From assembly GCA_044892525.1 (NCBI GenBank), contig CM097885.1, forward strand, positions 47,988,001-48,052,000: DNA of 64,000 nucleotides, given 5' to 3'. The notes beneath the pieces are model-generated. The model worked only from the letters and a program-made list of their open reading frames with translations, did not search any database and was not told the origin of the DNA. The position numbers were made by a program, and so were the translations under genes. The DNA comes from Schmidtea polychroa (lineage: Eukaryota). Shown here piece by piece: positions 36,301 through 47,273 of this stretch. Positions within the stretch are counted from its first letter, which is position 1, and the number at the start of each line of letters is the position of its first letter.

Positions 36301-39300
36301 TAATTATTGCTCAATTATTAATTAAAATACGAATAAAGTTATTAAATAATCAATGATAAAAACAAAATTAAAATTAATTATTGTTCAATTATTAATTAAA
36401 ATATAAATAAAATTATTACATAATCAATGATTAAAACAAAATTAAAACTAATTATTACTCAATTATTAATTAAAATATAAATAAAATTATTAAACAATCA
36501 ATGATTAAAACAAAATTAATTATTGCTCAATTATTAATTAAAATATGAATAAAATTATTAAATAATCAATGATTAAAATAAAAGTCTTAGGAAATTTCGT
36601 AAAAAATGAAGTTTTGATCGTGAATCGATCGCGATGACGTACTTTTTAGAGAGTCGAGAAATACTATTGGGCTTATGTCCACACATTTATCTATTAATAG
36701 GTACAAATTTAAATTAGGAGAAAATTAATTATAATACAACTCTCTATTTTGTTGCGGTTGAAATAATTATTTGGTGGCCCTGTTCTCGCTCATGGTTAAT
36801 AATAAATTTAATTAAAATTTAAAAATTCAAGCAATGAAAATAAAAATATATTTAATTTAAAATTAAGAATATCAAAATTAAATAAAATTACTACTAAAAC
36901 AATTAATTAATTAAAAATAAAAATATTGAATTTTGGAATTCAAAAAATTGTCTAAGTTTTATATTTTAATTTTATGTTATATGTCCAATTAAAAGTCTGG
37001 AATCTTGAAATTATCAAATAATAATAATTCATAATAATTCACACAATATATTTTTGTGTATTAAGAAATTAATAAAATATTAAATAAAATCAATTATCAT
37101 TGAATATAAATTAAATTTAAATAACATACCAAAATAGGCTCAGTTTTGGTCCATGGCTGATGATCATGTACAGGACTAAATTGGAAATTAAAAAGAAGTT
37201 AAAATATTAATCCAATAACTGGTAAGGTTCGAATTTTCCTATTATGAATAATAGTTTTTTGTTGACAGACACTGCATTAAGGGATACGGAGAATTGGCAT
37301 TTATTTTTATCGGAAGATTTCAGGTTTATTAACAAGTTGATAGATTCTTTAGAAATGCCTAAATAAACGTATCTATAAATATATTAATGGAAGAATTTAT
37401 AATATACATTCAAATAATGAGTTTTTGAAATACTGCTGTTCTTCTTCAACAACAAAGTCTGATAGGTTCTGATCAATCATATCTGAAGCTTTTAATCCCA
37501 ATAAATACTGGACGCTAAATGATAAATTAAAAATTAGAATATTTCCTAAGCCAGTAGTAATCAAATGGACTATATGGGTTTTTCGATGTTCGATGCGCCA
37601 CAAGAAAATTTAGAAAAACAAAGGACCATAGAAACTATCAAGGAGTTTATGGAAAGCTATAAAATTAAAAAATTGCATCGTTAATTAATTACATGGCAAT
37701 CATTAAATCAAAAAAGTATGAACTTATTATTTTGTAATAAATTTTAGAATAACATGCCGTATTATTGCAAAGATTATCAAAGACGATGGTATGTTTTTCG
37801 AACAAAGCTTAAATGAATTTTGGTGGCCATCAACAAAAATCATACAAAAATTATTTCTTCTAAAATATCTGAAGCTCATTTTGTCAACAAAATATTTTGA
37901 GCAAAAAAAGAAATTTGAAGTAGAATATTCCATGATTTTCTAAGTATTTAGTGTTGAAAAAATATCAAAAAAGGGTTTTCGAAATGGGCCAATAAAAAAT
38001 TTTGACGATGCGTTATCACAATTCCCAAAATGAGCCCTAATTTCGGGCGTTACCTCCATTAACTTCAGTTCCATCTACTTAGTAGATTCAGAATGACTAA
38101 GAGGTAATTTTCAAAGACTCCATTATGAAAAGAATTAGAATATTTAAAAAAACTCAAATAACATACATGGACGAAATTTAAAATACTTATGAAAGAAACT
38201 ATCGAAAGTAGCAAAGAAGCAGTACTAAGTGCTATGTAAAAGGAATTTTCTAATTTATCATGTAAATTTAATTGTCTGTCATAATGAGCAAATCAGATGT
38301 TGTTACATTTACCTATTTTTAAGTTTACATTTACGTGTTTTAAAATGTTTTCTTTAATTTTTAACGAATGTGCTTACTTTTTTATTTATAATATAAATTT
38401 TATAAATATATCATAATCAATATGTCAATATAATTAAATTAGAAAATTATAAAAAAAATGACAAATCAGAGTTGGAGTCAGTCGGTAAAATTTTGAAACG
38501 GGATGATGATTGGAATATTTATTTAGATTGAGTTGAAGAAATAAAAATATTCTAAAATAGGGCGACATTTTTTAATGACCAGGCAGATGGATGAAAATCA
38601 TGACAATAATAATTAAGGGTACTCAATATGAATGAAATGCTGAATTTATCTATATTACAGTATAAATTCAACGAAATTACAAAATCGTATAAATCTTTAG
38701 ATTTCAAATATATATAAAATTTTATTTTTGTAACACTAGGTAATTAATCGATAACATTTTTTATTTCATTGTTTTCTATAACTTGACCTTTATCGAATGA
38801 TTTTAATATAAATTCAATTATATAAATAAATTAAAATCAGAAAACTGTTATTTCAAGAAAGTTAATTTTAATTTTAGTCGTCAACATGACATTTTTATAT
38901 CAATGTTATCTGAAAATCAATATCTCCCTATCGAATGTTTAATTTCAATTTCATCAAGTATTTTTTTTAAACTGAAATACTATATGAAATATTGAAAGCT
39001 TATTTTAAAATATATTTAATTTATTGAGTTACAATTTTGCCTAATATAGATAAACCTACTTTCCCAAAATTTCTATAACGCGATATGTATCTGGATGAAG
39101 CTTGGTAGTAAATGATATTGTTTCACTAGAACCAGAATTAGCTAAATCAAGAAGTCTACCAAGACCTTTAAAAACAATGGATGAAGTTTCACTCGTTCCT
39201 CTCTCATCTGAAAATTTTAATTGCTCTAACTACCAAAAATTCTATATTACTCACCAGAATTTGCAGACAAATCGCCGCATAATTCAACAAATCTATACCA

Positions 39301-42300
39301 TTTACCGTCGAATCCTCTTGTACAATTTTCTTTGGAAAATTTGTCTGATATTTTTAATCCAACGATAAAATTCCTAGATATTAATTCTACAAAAATATAT
39401 TGAATGATGCACCAAATATTTTAAACCTCCATTTCTTAACTTTTCTTCTTCAATGCTATCAACGGACAAATTGGTTTCGATAATATTTATTGTCTCAAAT
39501 GATGGCTCACAAATCCGATATATGGTATTACCAATCACAGAATGCTTATTAAAATTATAGTTATGATTTCAAGTCAATTATTAATTTCATTAAAATGTTC
39601 CAAATAATTAATTATCAAAAATAAAACAAAACACTATATGAAAGTTGTAAAGTTTGTAAAACATCTTATTTACATTACTTCTCAATTTTGTAAAATTTGC
39701 TTGTTACAATTAAACAAAGAATTGAGTAACTGAAGATTAATTACAGTGATTCTTAACCTGTGCTTAATCGAACCCCAGTGGTTTGTGATTTCTTTCATAA
39801 TGTTTCAATCCCTTTATCTTAACTATGTCGAACAAAAAAATGAAGTGGTCGAAAGAATAGGTACATCCTGGGTCCACATACTGAGAGTCAGTGCCCTCAA
39901 TGCAATGCTAAGTTGATCAATTCTAGTCTACATCCTAAAGCTGCATGGAAATGGATATTACAAGAATGTAATTCTTGTAAACTTCAAGTTAAAGAGACTT
40001 AGATTCGATTAAAAGGATTTGCTTTTTCGGCTTTTAATCTATCGATAACCCGATATTCATTGGATCCTACGAAGTTACTTATCTTTTCACAAAGTAGGGC
40101 AAACCACACATGATTAGTGAAACACTCTTAAATCCAGCGGCGTTCAAAATGGTGAATATCATGTTTGGAAAAGTTGCTGAAAATAATTTATCGCAAATTT
40201 TTCTTTCAATTGACACCATCAGCAGCAGAATAAACTATATGAGCGATTACATTTTGGCTCAAGTAGCTACAGATCTGATTTTAAGCCCAGTGAAATTCAG
40301 CCTAGGTCGACGAGACCACCGACGTTTCTAATCTAAGCCAGTTGGCAGTATTCAAGCACTACGTGAAGTATGACGTGATAAAAAAATATTCTTTATTGTA
40401 TAAGTTCTAACAACTAAGGCTAACTACGTGAAGAAATTGTGGATGACTTCTTCAGAGACAGCGATCTTTTTTGGAATATGGTTTACGTAGTTTGTTAGAA
40501 CGGAGCTCCAGTAATTCTGTGATGAAACTCTGATTTTGGTGTGCAGGTGAAAGCTGATACACCACAAATCATTGTTACCACTGTGTTCTACACAGGCAAG
40601 CGTTGGCAATATAAACCCTGTCTTCAAAATTGGTAGAAGTTTTAATCATTCTGATGGAACGTGTGAATTATGTGCGAAATAATGTTCTGATGCACCTTAT
40701 CTTCAAAGAGCAGTGTAATGAAATGGGCTCTGAGTTCGATTTACATCTGTAACATACTAACGTTCGGTGATTATCCTGAGAAAGATGCTGACTGGTATTT
40801 TTGCTATGCGCGTGGAATTAACTCTGTTTTTGAGAGATCACCAAGATTATCATATAGGTTGCTTTGAAATTTTTGAGTTCATTCTTAATTTGACATACAC
40901 GGCCAATATATTGATGTTTTCAATCATCATAATCAACAGGTGCAGGTCGGTGGAGTCAAGATTATCAAAACGGAAGAAAAACTGAAGGTCTTTCAAAAAA
41001 ACCTACCGATATGAAAACAACGAACAGAGAATGATAACTTTGTAAACTTTCCCTACTGGACGACTGTGTAATTAAAATCGAAATATATATAGTTGATGGT
41101 TATTGAAAAACAAACTAAAAAAACCCCGAAAATCAATTAAAATGTTTTTTGTTTCCAAATGGCGGGTGAGACAATTGATAGATAGTTGTTAGGATAGAGA
41201 TTGTATTATTCTGATATATGATTCGTTTGGAGATTTCCAGTATTAAGAGACAGAAAATAAGAAGTATTTTTTCTTAGATAGAATACAAGAAATGGAGATA
41301 AGGTTTGAGGGAAATAATTAGAGACTTTATCAAAGATTGAGCCGATGAATGATTGTTGTAGAATGCTTGATACTGTTGTTATAGACAGAGTGTATGCTTT
41401 AAGACTTGTTGAACAATCAAGACGATCATGTAATTTATGCTATTCCAATAGGATCACGAGAAGTCACTGACCCAATCATGATGTTTACTGATAAAAATAC
41501 GATATCATAAATTTGGATTTCCATAGATTATAATCGATATAATAAATAAAATATAAATATATTTAATTAGACTTATTTCCACTTTCGTAACGACGATGTT
41601 TGAAACACAACGCCAGTTACCATAAAACATTATAGAGTGTTTATTATTGTGTTTGATCTTATAGAGTCGTTTAAAAGTCACGCCAGGCTCAATAACAACT
41701 GAGATATAATATGAACATTCCTGAGTGACATGTAAACATGCAATTGTTTGCCGTGAATGGATTTAATACAAACACTCAACTTGCAGCCTTCGTTGATTTT
41801 TTATCTCGATGGTAAAACATAATATAAAAGATCAATTTTTAACAGATTCGTGATGTTTGTATCTAAAAAACGATCCCCGAATGGAAACGAATCTCCTGTA
41901 TACTATTGAGGAGGGTGATGGTGGGTAAGGGGGTGGTAATTGTGCTCAAAAACACTTTAAACTCAATTTAGCTATATTCACGAAATATTTACCGTGCGTA
42001 ATGAAGATACATTTCATTGAAATAACAATTGAACAATAAAAACTAAGCAAATCTTAATCATTTCATCCCAGGATACAAATTTGGTTGTTTGTAAATTAAA
42101 ATATAAAAGAAATTACTTCGTCTAATCCAAGAACGCTTATTATATTGTCATTACACCAAAATATTTCTCCATCGATACAATTTATATGCAAAGCAATACC
42201 GCTAAAATTCTTTAGAAATTTCAAAAAAGAATTCAATTTTGAATATCCTTACATTAACAATTATAGCTGAATATTCCGAATCATTTAAAATAAATTCTCG

Positions 42301-42545
42301 TTTTCCGAGTTTTTCTGCATATTTTAATAATTGATCTGCGCCAGCTTTGTAAATAGATAGCTTGTCTTTTCTAACTGCTTTATCAAGTAACTGAGTACTC
42401 AAAAATTCAGTTTCTCTTTTCATCCTTTCTCTTCGTTTTCTTTCAATTTCACTATGAGTTTCTCTGAATTAATGATAAGTAAATGACGACAATTTAAAAT
42501 AAATTACTTCTGTTTTTTAACTTTGGCTTCTTTAGATTTGTTCAT
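32128..42545 (-). CDS. bHLH-PAS-PAS transcription factor, divergent ARNT/BMAL1 (class II)-like, about 436 aa, 10 exons
   Basis: Exons: 42545-42508, 42463-42253, 42209-42117, 39544-39441, 39373-39255, 39207-39060, 37514-37408, 37358-37220, 37175-37130, 32433-32128. All introns are GT-AG with matching phases. bHLH ETHSEIERKRRERM...RKDKLSIY; PAS-A LNDSEYSAIIVNNFSGIALHINCIDGEIFWCNDNIISVLGLDEHSVIGNTIYRICEP; PAS-B SFTTKLHPD...VQYLLGLKASDMIDQNLSDFVVEEEQ; PAC-like segment; acidic C-terminus. The last exon link is inferred from phase only. Confidence 0.88.
33303..33370. repeat. Compound (CT)n/(TA)n microsatellite
   Basis: tctctctctctctctc followed by a long tatata run. Confidence 0.95.
33497..36579. 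repeat. AT-rich satellite array, about 74-bp unit with 68- and 62-bp variants, roughly 43 units
   Basis: Unit attaaaacaaaattaaaattaattattgctcaattattaattaaaatatgaataaaattattacataatcaatg repeated head-to-tail with no unique spacers. Confidence 0.97.
39744..41100 (+). mobile_element. Degraded Buster/Charlie-type hAT in intron 3 of the bHLH-PAS gene
   Basis: Terminus cagtgattcttaacctg; ORF 40110-40331 (ISETLLNPAA..MVNIMFG...LSIDTISSRI..MS) and later fragments. Confidence 0.8.
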
Positions 42546-42799
42546 TTAGAGTATTTTATTTTACAATAAAAAAGATAATTGTGGGAAAGAATTTACAATG
42601 ATTAATTTTAAAACAATAAATGAATTATTAAAACTTCAAAATATAATTTAAAAATAAAATTCTAAAATAAACTTATTCAAGGTTGTTTATAATAACGAGA
42701 ATTTAAACAAACTCATTAAATTCATTAAAACCGATAAGTAGATTTATTAGTAAATAAAATTATAATTAAAAAAATTTTTAAAAATCAGTTAACTTGTTA

Positions 42800-43558
42800 G
42801 GGAACGTTCGTAAATTACGTAACGCTTAAGGAGGAGTGGTCAAAGATTTTGTAATGTAATCTCGCACTTGTCATAAATGTGGAATTTATTTTGCTTCCTT
42901 ATCCGTTTGCGAACGGAATTAATTTTAACAAGTAGTATTTTTTAGCATAAACTTTTTTAGTATACGAGTTCCCGATATTGTGGTATGATTTATTTAAAGT
43001 TTGGCCAACACAGCTGGCCATTATACATTGTTGAACTCCTGGAACAAAATTCGTGGCAAGCAGTGCTGGCCTACCGTTCGCAAACGGTTAACATTACTCC
43101 ATAATCACTGCAAAATACAAGAAAAAATTATGATAAAACAAGAATCCAGCCAAAAAAAACTACTCCAGAAACGAAATGATGAATTTATGGTTCAATTGGA
43201 ATCAATTGGAATTGAAACATTCGAATGAATCAACGAAAATTATTTAGACTTAGCCAATGCGATAATCTTACAATCAGTCGAGGTAGGAAATATTCCAGTA
43301 ATGAGCTTAGATAAACATTTTCAATGACCATCGGAGAATGAATAATTTTGAGGTTAGATAAAATATTGAAAAATGATGAGAACAAATAAAATGAAAATAA
43401 GTTAAACTTGATTTAAAAAAATTATTTTATCAAAATATGAACTTTAAATTTTATTATTACGTTACGCGACAGGGTGATTCAGAATTTGTTATGATTTGTT
43501 ACAATGGGAGGGGGCAAAAACGTCTATTTTTAGCATTATGTAATTTACGGACGTTCCA
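42800..43558. mobile_element. Non-autonomous PIF/Harbinger-type element
   Basis: TIRs gggaacgttcgtaaattacgtaacgct / agcattatgtaatttacggacgttcca with a TTA 3-bp TSD on both sides (42797-42799, 43559-43561). Confidence 0.8.
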
Positions 43559-45799
43559 TTAACTCTTAGATACATGATTTTTTGTATTGCATATAAAAAT
43601 GCTTATTGATGACAATTATTATTGACAAAAAATATAGGCAAAAACTTAGAATTTATTTTTATTTTCACATGAATCCATGGTCAGACTGTTTATCTTATTG
43701 CCAGACTAAAAAGATATATCGCTGTCATTAATCATAAATAATTATATTTAAATATTTGGTACGATGGAAATTTCCATCACAATGCATTTAATGGTTGAGA
43801 CAGTTTGAACCAAAATAAAAATGAAAATTAGTTGTTCAAAATTTTAAAGAAAATTCAAATTATAAACTTTTTACACCAAGTTAAAATCAATGAAATAACC
43901 TAGTAATTGAAAAAAAAACCAAAAATTCGCTACAAATCATACATCTATGAATACCCAAATCTTATATTGCGGAGTTGTGTATGTTGACATATATTCGGTT
44001 CCTTGTATCTCAAATTCATGACAGTTGCTTTGACTCTAGATACAAGAACAGCAACTCCAAATCAAAATTCATTGCTATGAAATCAAACCCATCACATGTG
44101 ACGTCGGTGATGTTTAGCCTGGGTGAAACCCGAAAATAAACGTGAGAACCCCATGGACCTGTTAAGTTCACAGATTTCTCAGGTCCAAAGTATTGAATTA
44201 AAAAATGCTCTAACTTGTATCATTTTATTACTCTGAAAATGCCTTTATAGATATATTAATTTACTTTAACAAAGAAACGAGAAAATAACTACACTCTTCT
44301 ATTGTAAGACAAAAATAGCCATTATAACTAATTGTTTAGAGAAACATGCCATCTATGTGTACACTCATTAATTAAATATAATAATTTGAACTGTGGTTGC
44401 ATATTGTAGAATTTATCCATGCGTAAATCTAATGTTCACACCAGAAATTCCTCCGTGAACTACCAATCTTCCTGAATACATTGTATACATGGTTTGAATC
44501 TTTAACCTTTTTTGAAGGTCTTGCCCGTTGAGCTGGCGTATCCGTAGATGTTATTATTGAAGTATCTAGGGTTGCTTTATTGGTGGAAGAGAAAGAGAAA
44601 CTTAGGTCTGACTACCCGGTTTTACGAAGTGTCAAGACCGAATTCTGCCGATCAACTATTCTTCCAAGGAGTATCATTCCATCCTTCGGCCATTCGGCAA
44701 TTGACTAGTTGCAGTCGTCGTAGTCCCACTTAATGGTGCCCAATATTTCATTATTGGGCCTCAATTCTTTGATTGATTCTCATCATTTGCTCCTTCCAGA
44801 ACAATATCCCTTCAAATACATGCAGTGCTATTTGAGCCTGTCATATTTGACCTGTAAGAATTCCTTGGCTTCGGCCATTTGTACTAAATTATCGAACAGG
44901 CGTTCCTGTAATTTTACCTCAAAATGTTAAAAATATGTCTGGGTTTCTAGCTAATCATGCGAATAAAAAAAGCTTGTGGGTTCAAATATACTTAATTCTA
45001 CAGATCATTCCAATCTGCATTTCTCCGTCAAAGTATATTGAAAATCTCTGAAGCAAGTGAGAAAGATTCAAATTTATTTACCAATTTTATGGATAAATTT
45101 AGGTTTATGGGATATTTAAAATCACTTTTTACGCCAGTCTTTCTTCCATCAATTAGAAAATTTTCATTATTTCGTGAAATGTTTATATGTAACACTTTTA
45201 TTAGTTGGTTGTTAATTGTTTTGTTATCGTATTTTATCGTATTATTTTTCTTTTTATTTCTTTTGTTATATGAATTATTATATTTTATTCTAGTGATGAT
45301 TTAATGAATGCTCTCCATCTAAAAGGTTTTTCTTTTTTATTTCACAGAAATCTTCTCGATATCAAAGATTTATAGCTAATTTGACTCACAATAAACTCCT
45401 CTACTAATTTATTTGATTTTTAATTTATTGGTTAATGACAGTCATGTTTATCTCTTTAAAATAATTTGTTTATCAAAGCTAACATCTCAAGAGCTTTATT
45501 GTTAATAATCGGGTTACCACATACATGTTTCCTTTAGTTTGACATGATCTATATAGCAATAAAATGATAAAATAAAGCCCAGCATTACAATATGTTGTAC
45601 ATGCATGTGTAAATATAAAATGTAATTAATTGTCAAATAATCATTTTTTTAATTGTAAAACGAGTAAAATATTTTTATTTTTTTTAAATTTATAATTAAA
45701 AAGGTTTTTGTAGAAGTATTTTAAAAACTATTCAATCATAAACCAACAATATCTAAAATTCTAAAAGACTCATTCAGAGTTCCTAAAGCTGAATGTCAA

Positions 45800-46620
45800 T
45801 GAAGATATGAGTTTGTGACGAAAAGTGGCTTTGTTACAATTGTCTTACAACAGGTCAGATGGTTAGAGAATGTGAGAAACCGAGCTTTTGTAAGGACAGG
45901 AATTGTACTCGAAAGCATCATAATTTGCTTCATGACTCAGAGAACAAAATTGATGGAAATCAAAAGCCGAGCAAAGAAAACACGTCAATGATGACTTTTC
46001 AAGAGAGACAGAGTCAGAAGATGTATATTCCTTTACGAACTATTATTGCAAAGTTAATTCATAAAGGGAAAGAGATCAGAATCAATACATTGCTAGACGA
46101 CGCAACTAATGTTAGTTATATTAGCGATTGTGTGGCGCAAGAGCTGGGTGTTGGAAGACGGTGGCAAAGCACTGCAGTTGGCGTAATTGGTGGAAAATCA
46201 CAAATCCTGGAAACCAAGCCAGTAACAGTATTATTGGCAAGCAATAATCACAATCTAAAAGTAAATTTGAACGCCTTTTTTTTAAACTCGTTCGCAGGCC
46301 TCTAAAGATGTATATAAAATTCAATGTATCAATTGTGAAATTGAAATCCGAAGCAGTCAAAGAACGACATTTTAGAATGCTTATGAGAAAATTAAGTGAA
46401 AACTGGCCACTAAATGAACTGCAACTGGGAAAAGTGTGTGAGATTGAATTTGTGAAAAATGAAGAAATAATAAGAAAGATATCACACTTAGATGACATTA
46501 AATATGACAGTTGCTTAACCAAATATGACGATAGTGACTGGAAAATCCACATATTTGTTGATGAATCAAAAAGTGTGTACAAATTACAATGTACAAAGGC
46601 TGCTTACATTATAGAAAGAT
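45800..46620 (+). mobile_element. BEL/Pao LTR retrotransposon remnant (gag knuckles, protease, RNase H fragment)
   Basis: CYNCL...CEKPSFCKDRNCTRKHHNLLH (BEL gag knuckle), LLDDATNVSYI (protease-like) and IHIFVDESKSVY (cf. LHIFCDASEKAY). Confidence 0.85.
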
Positions 46621-47273
46621 GAGTATGTGAGGGTTATAAGGAATTGAGTAGGGAAGGAAAATTATTGAGACCAATAAATAAGGTTTGCTCCTTACAGTTT
46701 AATTGGGTTGTTAATCCGCTAGAAGAGATCAAGAAGGGGGAAAGTTTCCTTCGATTTTAGCTTCGCGTCTGTGTACGGGGTTATTCTTTTGTAAATTTTA
46801 TCGAGTCTGTATGCGTGTGGTGGTTAAAATAGTTTTTTGGTGTATGTGTGCGCACACAGAAGCGAACAAAGATTTTGAACAAAATTATTAATAATTTGGA
46901 ATTGATTTATTTGGAATTGTGGAATTTCTGAGAAGTTTCTTGATAAAATTCATTTTGATTTAATACATCTACATAATATTTCCCTGAAAATAAAAATTTT
47001 AATTTTAAATGTAATTAATTTAAATCGAAATCATTTTAATTTTAATTATATTTCAGGAAATCATCGAATCATACGAGAAATCTCATTACTTAAAAATGGT
47101 AATTCAAAAAACCTTACATTGTTTATTTAAATCGATATCATCCTAATTCTAATTTATTTATTTGTAACTTTTTAAACTTGATTATTTTAGAAAACCTAAA
47201 GAAGATTAATTTGATTTGGAAATTATTATTACTGTAAATTATAATCATTTTTTTCAAAAATCCATTTTACAAG

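Noticed and set aside
33497-36579. CRISPR array
   Set aside because: Monomers are contiguous with no unique spacers, there are no cas genes, and the array lies in a eukaryotic intron.
37397-37603. Using the whole 68-aa ORF as the PAS exon
   Set aside because: Only 37514-37408 is phase-compatible with neighbouring exons; the upstream part is intron read-through. The same applies to the tail of ORF 42202-42423.
44093-44105. E-box/CRE-like cacatgtgacgtc as a regulatory site between the two genes
   Set aside because: A short motif expected by chance, not the canonical CACGTG, with no conservation data.
44500-44930. Assignable retrotransposon or gene fragment
   Set aside because: GC-richer and pol-like in feel, but no diagnostic motif survives the stops.
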